This document shows positions 10,154-20,448 of a stretch of DNA of 64,000 nt, piece by piece. Below the pieces are notes generated by a model. The model was not told the origin of the DNA. It made no database searches and saw only the letters and a list, made by a program, of their open reading frames with translations. The DNA lies in NCBI GenBank assembly GCA_048268245.1, contig JBLWVX010000013.1, forward strand, positions 1-64,000, read 5' to 3'. The first letter of the stretch is position 1; every line of letters starts with the position of its first letter. The translations under genes and the position numbers were made by a program. The stretch is from Arcobacteraceae bacterium. GTDB lineage: Bacteria; Campylobacterota; Campylobacteria; Campylobacterales; Arcobacteraceae.

Positions 10154-10996
10154 TTGACAGAAATAGATATATTATCTCGAAGTTTGAAAGATTTTTTAAC
10201 ATCAAAGATGTTAAGAATTGCATTAGTACCATTAATCGTTACTATGATACTAATATATTCACTGTTTTTTGCAGCAGCTGACTTTGGTATAGCAGCGCTA
10301 CAACAAGCAGCTGAAGCTTCTCAAAATGGACAAGAAGTTGTAGTTGATGAAAATGCACCATTTTATTTTGTATGGGCTACTTATTTAGTTGTGTTTTTAT
10401 TTAAGTATTCATTTACTTCATGGATAGCAGGTTTTTTACTTTATACAATTGGTTCAATTATTGTATTACAAGCATCAGTTATTTTAACTTTAGTAGTTAT
10501 AGGATTTTTAACTCCAATGATCTTAGGAATAGTGCATAAAAGACACTACAGTCATATAACTTTACATGGACATGGTTCTCTTTTATCTCCCTTGTGGGTT
10601 TTAATAAAAAGTTCATTTATGATGATCCTTTTATTTATACTTTTAATTCCTGTGTATTTTATACCTGTATTAAATGTTATAGCTTTTGCATTGCCTTTAT
10701 ACTATTTCTTTCACAAGCTTTTAAATCATGATGTAGCTTCAACTCTTTTAAGTGAAGAAGAGTATGAAAAGATTTACAAAAAAGAAGCAAATGCTTTTAG
10801 AGGAAGAACACTATTTTTATACTTAGTATCTATGATACCTTTTATCACTCTTTTCACAGCAGTATTTTATATAATTTATTTAGGTCATGCTTATTTGATA
10901 AAACTTGAAAAACTTTATGAGTTTGAAGTTCCAAAAACTTCTAATATAAATAGTGAAGAGAAGAAAGAAGAAGTAAAATTTTTAGAAGATAAGTAA
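10154..10996 (+). CDS. EI24/CysZ-like membrane protein
   Basis: Multiple TM helices, GFLTP..L..VHKRHY motif. Confidence 0.7.
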   Translation: MTEIDILSRSLKDFLTSKMLRIALVPLIVTMILIYSLFFAAADFGIAALQQAAEASQNGQEVVVDENAPFYFVWATYLVVFLFKYSFTSWIAGFLLYTIGSIIVLQASVILTLVVIGFLTPMILGIVHKRHYSHITLHGHGSLLSPLWVLIKSSFMMILLFILLIPVYFIPVLNVIAFALPLYYFFHKLLNHDVASTLLSEEEYEKIYKKEANAFRGRTLFLYLVSMIPFITLFTAVFYIIYLGHAYLIKLEKLYEFEVPKTSNINSEEKKEEVKFLEDK

Positions 10997-11014
10997 GAGT
11001 TTCTTACTTATCTT
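10986..11014. terminator. Bidirectional terminator between convergent genes
   Basis: aagataagtaaga-gtt-tcttacttatctt. Confidence 0.7.
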
Positions 11015-11017
11015 TTT

Positions 11018-12175
11018 TTATGGTAATGTAGCCTGTGCAGCTTCTATTGCCTTTTTAGCATTTATCTTCCCATAAGCTCTTTTAGTGTCAAAATTTCCTG
11101 TTGTATAATCAGCATTACTTCCACCAATTTTATCTGTAGTTGAAATCAAAATATTTCTTACTTGGTCAAAAGTAAGATTTGGGTTTACAGATAATATCAA
11201 TGCAACTAAACCACTTGTTGTAGGCGCTGCAAAACTTGTACCTGATGTTAAAGTATAGTTATTTAAATTTTCATTTGTATATGAAAGTTGAGAGTTACTA
11301 TTTCTACCTGCATTTCCACTTTGATCTAGTGATAAAATACCAAGTAAGCCATCATTTAAACTTCCACCACCAGGTGCTATAACATCAATTGTTGAACCAT
11401 AATTTGAGTATGAAGTAACATCATTTAGAACACTTGAAGCTCCAACTCCAATAACTGAGTTAATTTCAGATAAGTCTTCATTTCCTACTTGGTCAAGGTC
11501 TACAGCATCATTGCCAGATGCGAATACAACTATGATTCCATCATCTTTAAGTTGTTCGATCCTATCTGAAATGGCTTGTGGAATATTTCCTAGCCCCCAA
11601 CTACAATTTATAACTTTTGCTCCATTGTCTTTTGCATAATTAAAGGCTTTTAAAATATCAACTTCATTAAGATTATTGTCTTCAAAGTCTAAGTTTATTA
11701 AAATAAGTTCTGTATTTGGTGCAACACCAACTTCATCTCCTGCAATAATACCTGCAACTGCAAGACCATGATAAAATGTATCACCATCTGAGTCTGCAAT
11801 GTTTGAAGTGTCATCCATTGCATTATAAGCTTTATATATTTTATTTTTTATATTAGGGTGATTTACTTCAAAATCTTCATCAATTACTGCTACTTTTATA
11901 GCTTCACCATTTGTTTGCTTACCTTTTGTAACTGCCCAAGCTTCTTCTAAACTTATATGTGCAGAAGGGTCAATACTATTACTTGTTTTGTATGTTGAAT
12001 TAATATTTTTATTTATATGCCAAGCAAATTGAAACATATTGTCATCAATAACAGAATTTACAACATTTTGAATAGAAGTTGAGGAAGTACTTCCTCCACC
12101 TCCTCCACCACAAGCTGTAAAACTAAGGGCTATAGTAAGTGCAATGCTATATTTTTTAATATTATTTAATTTCAT
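11018..12175 (-). CDS. S8 (subtilisin-like) serine peptidase, lipoprotein
   Basis: Lipobox FTAC plus Gly/Ser linker; catalytic triad VAVID / HGLAVAG / GTSFAAP. Confidence 0.9.
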   Translation of the reverse strand: MKLNNIKKYSIALTIALSFTACGGGGGGSTSSTSIQNVVNSVIDDNMFQFAWHINKNINSTYKTSNSIDPSAHISLEEAWAVTKGKQTNGEAIKVAVIDEDFEVNHPNIKNKIYKAYNAMDDTSNIADSDGDTFYHGLAVAGIIAGDEVGVAPNTELILINLDFEDNNLNEVDILKAFNYAKDNGAKVINCSWGLGNIPQAISDRIEQLKDDGIIVVFASGNDAVDLDQVGNEDLSEINSVIGVGASSVLNDVTSYSNYGSTIDVIAPGGGSLNDGLLGILSLDQSGNAGRNSNSQLSYTNENLNNYTLTSGTSFAAPTTSGLVALILSVNPNLTFDQVRNILISTTDKIGGSNADYTTGNFDTKRAYGKINAKKAIEAAQATLP

Positions 12176-12588
12176 CTTTTCTGTATCTTTAATAGTTTAT
12201 TTGGTGTAGCACTTTTAATATCTTCTTTATTATGTAATTCTTGTGCTAATGTAAAAATATTTTGTGACTCTTCTACTTTTATAAGAAAGAATCTTTTACT
12301 TATTTCTTTATAGTTAGTGATATTTAAATCACTAAAATCATCTTGGCAATATGCTTCTTTATGACATTGAACTATTAGTTCATTTTTAAACTTTACTGTT
12401 TTACCATTTACTGTTTGATATGTATGTATTTTTTCTGTATTGTTTTCATCTTGCGAGTTAAGATTATAAGTCTTTGACTCCAATGGTTTTATAAGTTCTA
12501 CTTTTTTATCAAACTCATAATAAAAATCATTTGCAAGTAAAAAACTGCTAAAAGAAAAAAGAGTAGTTATAAATAAAGCTTTTTTCAT
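12172..12588 (-). CDS. Exported hypothetical protein, putative stand-alone subtilase prodomain
   Basis: Signal peptide; ATGA overlap with the S8 gene; ELIV...IKSATPN resembles subtilase propeptides (function inferred). Confidence 0.65.
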   Translation of the reverse strand: MKKALFITTLFSFSSFLLANDFYYEFDKKVELIKPLESKTYNLNSQDENNTEKIHTYQTVNGKTVKFKNELIVQCHKEAYCQDDFSDLNITNYKEISKRFFLIKVEESQNIFTLAQELHNKEDIKSATPNKLLKIQKR

Positions 12589-13284
12589 TTATTCTTCTCC
12601 TAGAATAAGTCTATAACCAGTACCTTGGACATTTTTTAGGCATTTTTCTGGTAGTTTTTTTCTAAAGTTTTTGATAAATAATCTCATGGCATTTTGTGTC
12701 ATAACTGAGTCTTCATCCCAGATTTGGTTTTCCATTTCTTCGTATGTAATAATTCTATTTTTTGTGATTAGAAGTTTTAAGAATATATTCTCTTTTTTTG
12801 TTAGATTATGAGTTTCTTCTTTGTTTGAAATGATAGATTTACTATAGTCAAAATACCATTCTTTGTTTAAAGTATAAATTTTATTATCATCATGTGTTTT
12901 TACAAAAGCTTCTAGTGCATCCATTAGCTTTTCTTGTGTTATTGGTTTGATTATATATTTTACTAGGTGCAACTCTGCTGCTTTTAGCATATACTCTAGG
13001 TCTGTATGTGCTGATGTGATGATGATTCTAGTTTTTGAATCTGATTCTCTGATTCTTTTTATTAAATCGATTCCAGTTTCACCAGGAGGCATTCTAATGT
13101 CTGTGATGATTAAATCAGGTTTATTTTGAACATATTTTATATATCCATCACTTACATTTTTTGCAGTTATTGTTTCTTTAAATAAGTGTTCTAATATCTC
13201 TTTGATATTATTTCTAATGCCATCTTCATCTTCTATATAAAGTACGGAAAAAGCATTTAACTTACTAACTATATTATCTTGCAT
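12589..13284 (-). CDS. OmpR-family response regulator
   Basis: Receiver (IEDE, TDIRMP, KP) plus winged helix (NVQGTGYRL). Confidence 0.92.
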   Translation of the reverse strand: MQDNIVSKLNAFSVLYIEDEDGIRNNIKEILEHLFKETITAKNVSDGYIKYVQNKPDLIITDIRMPPGETGIDLIKRIRESDSKTRIIITSAHTDLEYMLKAAELHLVKYIIKPITQEKLMDALEAFVKTHDDNKIYTLNKEWYFDYSKSIISNKEETHNLTKKENIFLKLLITKNRIITYEEMENQIWDEDSVMTQNAMRLFIKNFRKKLPEKCLKNVQGTGYRLILGEE

Positions 13285-13351
13285 TACGATAAAATCCTTA
13301 TTAGAAATATTATGTTATCATATCATATTAAAGGTTACAGGACAAGAAAAA

Positions 13352-14908
13352 TTGAATTTAATAACTGAGAATAATCTATCAAAAATAACCATATACATAT
13401 TTATAATAATAATGTCATCCATGATATTTATGATTTCATATTTTTATGTAAAAAATACATATGATGATTTTGAAAAACAAATGGAAAATTTTGTTCAAGA
13501 CTATTATGAAGATCAAAAAAGAATACTTAAAAAAGAGATTGATACTGTTATTGATGTTTTAAACTATAATCTTACTAAAGTTGATACTGATGAAGAAGAA
13601 ATAAAAAAAGATGCAATAAGACTTCTAAATAATATTTCTTTTCAGGAAAATAAAAGTAACTATTATTTTGTATATGATATTTTGAATATGAATGGTGGTG
13701 ATAGTTTTGCTAGACTTGTTGTAAATCCAAATAGACCTGATTTATTAGGAAAAGTAATTTCAACAAATTTCAAAGATGCAAATGGAAAAAAATTTAGAGA
13801 AGAGTTTCTACGCAATATAAAAATAAACGGTGAAGCTTATACTCAATATGCTTATAAAAAACCAAATACAAATCATGAAATCAGACAAAAACTTTCATAT
13901 TTCAAATATTATGAAAATTGGAATTGGGTAATTGCAGTTGGTGTTTATATAGATGATATAGAAAAAGAAATAACAAAGAAAAGAGAAGATTTAGAAGAAA
14001 CTGTACGAAATCAAGTAGGGCAAAATATAGTTTTATTTGTAATGTTTTTATCTATTGCTATTTTAATCTCTATTGCTGTATCTCAAAAGATTGATGAAGT
14101 TTTAAAAAATTATCAAAATAAAGTAAAAACAAAAGCCCAAGAACTAGAAGAGTTAAATCAAAACTTAGAAAATAAAGTATTTTATGAAGTAGAAAAAAAT
14201 AGAGAAAAAGAACAACTTTTAATTCAAAAATCAAAGTTTATTGCACTTGGTGAAATGATCTCAAATATTGCTCATCAATGGAGACAACCTTTATCCGAAC
14301 TCTCTTCAATTTTGATGTATATTAAATTTAAACATAGTATTGGTGCTTTAGATGATGAAACAATGAATAAAAAATCCAAAGAAGCTGATACTGTTTTGGA
14401 GTTTATGTCTCATACTATTGATGATTTTAGAAATTTCTTTATGCCTAAAAAAGAAAAAGAAGAGTTTTATTTAATAAAAATGGTTGAATCAGTTATGACT
14501 ATTGTTTCTAGTGCTTTAAAAAACAATAATATAACTGTAACTATCGATGTGGATGAAAACATAAAATTATATACTTATCAAAATGAGTATGAACAAGTAG
14601 TTTTAAATATCTTGAAAAATGCAAAAGATGTATTGATTGAAAAAAATGTAGAAAACCCAAAGATTTTTATTTGGGCAAAAGAACATGAGTATGATGTGAC
14701 TTTATATATTGAAGATAATGGTGGAGGAATAACTGTTGAGCCAAAATCAAAGATATTTGAACCATATTTTACAACAAGAGATGATAATGATGGTACAGGA
14801 ATAGGGCTTTATATGTCAAAAACAATTGTAGATAAAAATATGAAAGGTAAACTTTCTGTAAAAAATATAAATGATGGAGCAAGATTTACTATAGAAGTAC
14901 CAAAGTAA
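13352..14908 (+). CDS. Cache-domain sensor histidine kinase
   Basis: Two TM helices, Cache-like WNWVIAVGVYIDD, H-box IAHQWRQPL, N/G boxes DNGGG and GTGIGL. Confidence 0.92.
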   Translation: MNLITENNLSKITIYIFIIIMSSMIFMISYFYVKNTYDDFEKQMENFVQDYYEDQKRILKKEIDTVIDVLNYNLTKVDTDEEEIKKDAIRLLNNISFQENKSNYYFVYDILNMNGGDSFARLVVNPNRPDLLGKVISTNFKDANGKKFREEFLRNIKINGEAYTQYAYKKPNTNHEIRQKLSYFKYYENWNWVIAVGVYIDDIEKEITKKREDLEETVRNQVGQNIVLFVMFLSIAILISIAVSQKIDEVLKNYQNKVKTKAQELEELNQNLENKVFYEVEKNREKEQLLIQKSKFIALGEMISNIAHQWRQPLSELSSILMYIKFKHSIGALDDETMNKKSKEADTVLEFMSHTIDDFRNFFMPKKEKEEFYLIKMVESVMTIVSSALKNNNITVTIDVDENIKLYTYQNEYEQVVLNILKNAKDVLIEKNVENPKIFIWAKEHEYDVTLYIEDNGGGITVEPKSKIFEPYFTTRDDNDGTGIGLYMSKTIVDKNMKGKLSVKNINDGARFTIEVPK

Positions 14909-14923
14909 AAACTATTTTATACA

Positions 14924-15166
14924 CTAGAAGTATAAAATAGCTGCAATTATCATAAATCCTACACCTATTACGATAAGTTGCATAGACTTTTCTTTTTTCA
15001 AAATAGCTTCGTCTACTTCAAATATAGCCACTGATTTTAAAGCACCTTTTTCTTCAAACTTCAAAAATTTATAACCTTTTTTTAAAAGTTTGTCTTTTGT
15101 TTTTTCAAGCTCTTTTTCTCTTTGTTCTTTAGTGAAACCACCAATTACAATATTTTTTATTGCCAT
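14924..15166 (-). CDS. Small hypothetical protein with C-terminal TM helix
   Basis: 80-aa ORF with GAGG RBS. Confidence 0.6.
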   Translation of the reverse strand: MAIKNIVIGGFTKEQREKELEKTKDKLLKKGYKFLKFEEKGALKSVAIFEVDEAILKKEKSMQLIVIGVGFMIIAAILYF

Positions 15167-15278
15167 AGATACCTCTTATAAAAAATTGAAAGAATTATAT
15201 CAATATAGAATTAATACAAAGTTTCACAATAGCAATTTGCTACAAGAAATAGATTTCTTATTTTGATATGATATCATT

Positions 15279-15585
15279 ATGAAAAAGCAAGAAGAAATAA
15301 TTTATGATGCAAAATTTTGGAAACCAAAAATAAATGAAGATATAGTTTTACATAAGGCTCATTTTAATAACTATGGTTTTGATAAACATGTAGATGAAGA
15401 CTATACTATTGGTCTTATTTATGAGGGACAAATGGATGCTTTTGTAGATGGGCAGAAAAAAAAGCTAAAGCACCTATTATTTTAAGTGAACAGGATAAGA
15501 TGACATATAGAGCTAAAGAGTTTATGAATTATAACTTACATCTTGATTTATCACTTGATGATATTTCAAATGAACTTGATATACT
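15279..15585 (+). pseudogene. Internally deleted AraC-family regulator
   Basis: Cupin-like FDKHVDEDYTIGLI then early stop; HTH-start fragment AKEFMNYNLHLDLSLDDISNEL in another frame. Confidence 0.7.
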
Positions 15586-15880
15586 AGATATGATTACAGC
15601 TGCTTTACTTATAAATCTTAGATATTTTTTAGTTGGGCTTCCTTGAATCTACCTTTTTAACAAAGTAGTAAAAAAGAGAAGTTCAAATATATGTATTTTG
15701 AAACTGATGAGTCTTGGAATATAACAATGCTAAGATTAAAAAGTGAAGATATAACTCCATGGATAATCACAGTAGTTGCAAGTTTATATATAGATGGAAA
15801 TCTTTATATAGGAACTTTTTTATTTAAAGAAAGGATTATTTTTTATCCTCATCTTTATATTTGTCTTCCATTTTTTTAGT
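15586..15880 (+). pseudogene. Decayed AzlC(/AzlD)-family amino-acid exporter fragments
   Basis: ITAALLINLRYFLVG and TDESWNIT fragments match AzlC motifs. Confidence 0.6.
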
Positions 15881-15951
15881 TAAAAATGCAAGCATTAACA
15901 CAACAAGTGTAACAATACTAAATCCAATTATTTCAGAAATAAAATCACTCA

Positions 15952-16143
15952 TTAGAAAGGTATAACCGTATCTACTACATCACCAGTTGCTGAAATAGTA
16001 TCCCCTACAATATCTGGTGTTACTACATTTACAGCAGCACCTACTACTTTAAAAGGAACTGCTGCAACAGTTCCTACTATACATCCTTGAAAACTTAATA
16101 TTATAAATAGAAGAAATGTAGTTTTAAAAAAAAGAGTTGTCAT
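15952..16143 (-). CDS. Small lipoprotein
   Basis: Lipobox FQGC followed by VAAVPFKVVGAAV. Confidence 0.65.
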   Translation of the reverse strand: MTTLFFKTTFLLFIILSFQGCIVGTVAAVPFKVVGAAVNVVTPDIVGDTISATGDVVDTVIPF

Positions 16144-16183
16144 ATATACTTCTAATCCTTAGTGAGATTTTTTGAAAGTATAT

Positions 16184-16834
16184 CTAATTTTTTTTAATTT
16201 TTTTAATATATCTATAAACAGATGGTTCTGACATTTGCAGTTTATCTGCTACTTCTTGAACGGCACCTCTTATATTAAAGATACCACAATCATTTAAAGC
16301 TTGAATAATTTCTGTTTTTTCTTTTGTGTTCATTCTTTTTGGAAGTACATCAAATTGATTTATTATTGCATCTATTTTACTTAATGTTGTTTCGTGAGGG
16401 TTTGTATTTAGATTTTCTTTTATATTATTAAGTGATAAAATCTTATCATCCACATAGTTTGGAAGTAATGATGTGATAAATGATAAAGATTTTTTAACTT
16501 CATGATAATCAGAGTTTAAACATAAAGCACCAACTATTTCATTTTTATCATTTCTAATAAAATAAGTAGAAGAGTATAAAAGTCTTCCTTCAATTGTCTT
16601 AGAATTGTAGTTACATATAAACTGTTTATTTCCTTTTGATTCAGTAGCAATAAAGTCTAAAACTAAATCAGTGATAGGATCACCTATTTTTCTATTGCTA
16701 ATATGTCCGTTGATAATATGAACAATAGAGTTATCATAATTTGTTAAGTCGTGAATTATGATTTCTGTGTTTTCACCTAGAACTTCACCTAAGAAATCTG
16801 CAATAGGAATGTATTTTTTTATATAGGGGTTCAA
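16184..16834 (-). CDS. YheO/DauR/HeuR-like PAS + HTH transcriptional regulator
   Basis: EIIIHDL...NGHISNRKIGDP, GALCLN, C-terminal SEPSVYRYI; TTG at 16834 chosen as start. Confidence 0.88.
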   Translation of the reverse strand: MNPYIKKYIPIADFLGEVLGENTEIIIHDLTNYDNSIVHIINGHISNRKIGDPITDLVLDFIATESKGNKQFICNYNSKTIEGRLLYSSTYFIRNDKNEIVGALCLNSDYHEVKKSLSFITSLLPNYVDDKILSLNNIKENLNTNPHETTLSKIDAIINQFDVLPKRMNTKEKTEIIQALNDCGIFNIRGAVQEVADKLQMSEPSVYRYIKKIKKN

Positions 16835-17033
16835 GTCCTTACCTTTTATGTAAATTGATTTTAGATTATAAGAAATATATAAAAAAATGTCAATATGATA
16901 ATAAATTGTTATCAACTTAATAAAAAAGTATAGAATAGTTGGGTTTAAAATTATTAATAGCTTTAAAATAATAGTGCTTGGGTAAAAAATATCACTTTTT
17001 TGAAATAAAACTGTAATAACTGTATAAAAAATG

Positions 17034-17119
17034 CAATAAAAATTTATCAATTTATGATAAAAACTATTTACAATGATAAAAATTTATTATATACTGATTC
17101 CAATGAAAATAAATTATCA
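17034..17119. promoter_or_regulatory. Cluster of TGATAA-N4-TTATCA-like palindromes upstream of ridA
   Basis: caataa-aaat-ttatca, tgataa-aaat-ttatta, tgaaaa-taaa-ttatca. Confidence 0.45.
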
Positions 17120-17133
17120 TAAAAGGAATGTAA

Positions 17134-17508
17134 ATGAAAGCAATAAATTCAACAAAAGCACCAAGTGCAATAGGACCTTACTCACAAGCAGTAGATAAAG
17201 ATGGTTTTATCTTTGTATCTGGTCAATTACCTATTGATGAAAATACAGGAGAGTTTGCAGGTCAAACTATAAAAGAGCAAGCAAAACAATCTTTAGAAAA
17301 CATCAAGTTTATTTTAGAGGAAGCTGGTTTAGAAATGAAAGACATTACAAAAACAACTATTTTATTAAAAGATTTAGAAGATTTTGTAGTAGTAAATGAA
17401 ATCTATGGAAGTTATTTCTCTGAGCCTTTCCCTGCAAGAGCTACATATGAAGTATCAAGACTTCCAAAAGATGCACTAATAGAAATAGAAGCAATAGCAA
17501 AAAGATAG
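17134..17508 (+). CDS. ridA: RidA-family enamine/imine deaminase
   Basis: [27 protein letters not shown]. Confidence 0.92.
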   Translation: MKAINSTKAPSAIGPYSQAVDKDGFIFVSGQLPIDENTGEFAGQTIKEQAKQSLENIKFILEEAGLEMKDITKTTILLKDLEDFVVVNEIYGSYFSEPFPARATYEVSRLPKDALIEIEAIAKR

Positions 17509-17534
17509 TATCAAATTTTACATGGAGAGCTAAA

Positions 17535-18773
17535 ATGAAGAAAGATATTGTAATAGTAGGTGGTGGTTGTATAGGACTTATGAGTGCTTACTGCTTACAA
17601 AAAAGTGGAAGAGACGTAACAGTAATTGAGAAAAATGATATTACAGATGGTACATCTTTTGGAAATGCAGGTTTATTATCTGCATTTAAAAAAGCACCTT
17701 TAAGTGCTCCTGGTGTTGTACTTGATACATTAAAGCTTATGGCAAAAGGACAATCACCTGCAAGTGTTCATCCAACTTTTGATTTACACTTATATAAATG
17801 GCTTTTAAAATTCGCAGCTAGTGCAACTGAGTCAAGACTAAAAAGAACACTTGCCTTATTTGAAAGATATGGACAAATAAGTTTAGATATGTATGAATCA
17901 ATGGTAAAAGACGATGGTATGGATTTTCATTTCTGTAAAGATGGTTTACTTATGATCTATACTGAACAAAATACATTTGATGCAAAAGCAGCTCACTGTA
18001 ATAATCCTGATGCTTATGAGATTCTTTCAAAAGAGAGAACAAAAGAGTATATGCCTATTTTAAATGAAAAAGTGATTGGTTCTATTTTATTAAAAGAAAA
18101 TGGTCATGTTGATCCAGGTGAGTTTATGCTTGAGCTTAAAAAATATCTTGAAAATCAAGGTGTAGAGTTCTTACTAAATGAAGAAGTTCAAAGATTAGAG
18201 TTTGAAGGTTCAAAAGTTAGTAAAATAAGAACATCAAAAGGCTCTTATGAAGCTGAAACTTTTATATTATCGACGGGGGCTGATGATACACTAGCTAAAC
18301 AAGCAAAAAATAAGTTTATGATGACACCTGCAAAGGGATATAGTGTAACTTTTAAAATGAAAGATGAACTAAAACCAAAAACTTCATCACTTTTTGCTGA
18401 TTTATTTATAGCTATGACACCAAGAAGACATACAGTTAGAATGACTTCAAAGTTAGAGCTTGGGACTACAAATCCAAAAGTTGTAAGAAAGCAAATAGAT
18501 AGTATTCATAAAAACTTGGGATTATATACAAACAAATTTGAAATGAATGAGCAAGTTGAATGGACAGGGTTTAGACCTCTTACGCCAAATGATATACCAA
18601 TTTTAGGTTATGATGAAAAATACAACAATCTAGTTCATGCTACGGGACTTGGATGGTTAGGTATTACATTTGCACCTGCAATTGGAAAGATAATAGGAGA
18701 TGTGATTACTAAAGATGGTAAAAATGAGACTAATGTTGATGTGTTGTTATTCTCAGCATTTTATCAAGGGTAA
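17535..18773 (+). CDS. dadA: D-amino acid dehydrogenase (FAD-dependent)
   Basis: GGGCIG FAD motif, TSFGNAG, PAKGYS, WTGFRPLTPNDIP. Confidence 0.82.
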   Translation: MKKDIVIVGGGCIGLMSAYCLQKSGRDVTVIEKNDITDGTSFGNAGLLSAFKKAPLSAPGVVLDTLKLMAKGQSPASVHPTFDLHLYKWLLKFAASATESRLKRTLALFERYGQISLDMYESMVKDDGMDFHFCKDGLLMIYTEQNTFDAKAAHCNNPDAYEILSKERTKEYMPILNEKVIGSILLKENGHVDPGEFMLELKKYLENQGVEFLLNEEVQRLEFEGSKVSKIRTSKGSYEAETFILSTGADDTLAKQAKNKFMMTPAKGYSVTFKMKDELKPKTSSLFADLFIAMTPRRHTVRMTSKLELGTTNPKVVRKQIDSIHKNLGLYTNKFEMNEQVEWTGFRPLTPNDIPILGYDEKYNNLVHATGLGWLGITFAPAIGKIIGDVITKDGKNETNVDVLLFSAFYQG

Positions 18774-18803
18774 TAGATTTAAGTTATAAAAATTTAAGGA
18801 GAG

Positions 18804-20318
18804 ATGAAAATGGTGTTAAAAAAAGTATTGTTATATATGGCAGTGTTATGTCTTCCAAGCATAGTTTTTGCAGAAGAGGTTATAGGTATAGATAAACAAA
18901 TAGATCAGTTTTTTAGTGATTATTTAGGATGGTTTGCTAATGCTATCTTTTTTGGAGCTTCAATTGAAGATGGTGTTTCATTTCCGCTGATTGTTGGATG
19001 GTTATTTGTTGCAGCAATTGTTTTAACTATATATTTTGGATTTATTCAATTTAGAAGATTTGGTTTAGCTGTTGATATTGTTTCTGGAAAATATACTGAC
19101 CCAAAAGAAAAAAAATCTGGTGAAGTTTCACACTTTCAGGCTCTTACATCTGCACTTTCTGGTACTGTAGGACTTGGTAATATTGCTGGTGTTGGTGTTG
19201 CTATTGCCATTGGTGGACCTGGGGCTACATTTTGGATGATTTTATGTGGTTTATTTGGTATGGCTTCAAAGTTTACTGAGTGTACATTAGCTGTAAAATA
19301 TAGAAATGTAAATCCTGATGGTACAGTATCAGGTGGTCCTATGTACTACCTTTCAAAGGGTTTCAAAGATGCTGGTTATGCAACTCTTGGTAAGTTCTTT
19401 GCTATAGGTTTTGCTGTTATGACAATATTCTCAGCTCTTGGTGCTGGAAACTTATTTCAAGGAAATCAAGCAAATGCCATGATTGTTCAAACATTTGGTA
19501 TTGCTCCTGGCTATGGTTGGGTTACAGGTATTATCTTAGCAGTTTTAATAGCTAGTGTGATTATTGGGGGAATGCCTTCTATTGGATCAGTTACTTCAAA
19601 ACTTGTACCATCTATGGCTTTTCTTTATATAGGAATGGCTCTAATCGTTTTAATAGCTAATTATGACAAAATTGGTTGGGCTTTTGAGCAAATACTTGTA
19701 GGGGCATTTACTGGTGCTGGTGTTGCAGGTGGATTCCTTGGGGCATTGATACAAGGTCTAAAAAGGGCAACCTTCTCAAATGAAGCAGGTGTTGGTTCTG
19801 CTGCTATTGCTCACTCAGCAGTAAAAACAAAAGAGCCTGTAACAGAAGGTTTAGTTTCATTACTTGAGCCGTTTATTGATACGGTTGTGATTTGTACGAT
19901 GACTGCATTGGTTATTATTATTGCAGGAGTTAATACAGGTGAGTTAACAGGTGTTACTTTAACATCAGCTGCATTTACACAAACATCACCAATTTTTGAA
20001 TACTTATTAACACTTTGTATTGTTTTATTTGCATTCTCTACGATGATTTCATGGTCTTACTATGGATTAAAAGCATGGACTTATCTATTTGGAGAGGGTA
20101 AAAAAACTGAAATTGTTTATAAAACTATGTTTTGTTTATTTGTAGTTGTTGGTACAAGTATTAGCTTTGGTGCAGCAATTGACTTCTCTGATGCTGCTAT
20201 GTTTGCAATGTCGATTTTTAATATCATTGGGTTATACTACTTAATGCCAGTTGTAAAAAAAGAACTACAATCATATCTTTCAAGAGTTGATTCTGGTGAA
20301 ATAAAAAAATATAAGTAG
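18804..20318 (+). CDS. Alanine/glycine:cation symporter (AGCS family)
   Basis: SGTVGLGNIAGV, GGPGATFWM, FSNEAGVGS. Confidence 0.92.
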   Translation: MKMVLKKVLLYMAVLCLPSIVFAEEVIGIDKQIDQFFSDYLGWFANAIFFGASIEDGVSFPLIVGWLFVAAIVLTIYFGFIQFRRFGLAVDIVSGKYTDPKEKKSGEVSHFQALTSALSGTVGLGNIAGVGVAIAIGGPGATFWMILCGLFGMASKFTECTLAVKYRNVNPDGTVSGGPMYYLSKGFKDAGYATLGKFFAIGFAVMTIFSALGAGNLFQGNQANAMIVQTFGIAPGYGWVTGIILAVLIASVIIGGMPSIGSVTSKLVPSMAFLYIGMALIVLIANYDKIGWAFEQILVGAFTGAGVAGGFLGALIQGLKRATFSNEAGVGSAAIAHSAVKTKEPVTEGLVSLLEPFIDTVVICTMTALVIIIAGVNTGELTGVTLTSAAFTQTSPIFEYLLTLCIVLFAFSTMISWSYYGLKAWTYLFGEGKKTEIVYKTMFCLFVVVGTSISFGAAIDFSDAAMFAMSIFNIIGLYYLMPVVKKELQSYLSRVDSGEIKKYK

Positions 20319-20327
20319 ATATAATTT

Positions 20328-20356
20328 GTACAAGAAAGTGTTTTACTTTCTTGTGC
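20328..20356 (+). terminator. Hairpin between the symporter gene and alr
   Basis: gtacaagaaagt-gtttt-actttcttgtgc. Confidence 0.55.
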
Positions 20357-20448
20357 TTGTATTATTTTTATGAAGACAATATAAAGTTTTGTGCTTCTTT
20401 GTATTGTCCTCATAAGAATAACTTTTTATAAAAATGAGAGGAAAGAGC

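Noticed and set aside
12088..12112. Poly-Gly tract in the S8 lipoprotein as a phase-variation site
   Set aside because: Encoded by mixed GGT/GGA codons, not a homopolymeric G run; ordinary linker
16835..17050. 72-aa N-terminal extension of the YheO-type regulator in the ORF track
   Set aside because: Low-complexity translation of AT-rich promoter DNA; family similarity starts near TTG 16834
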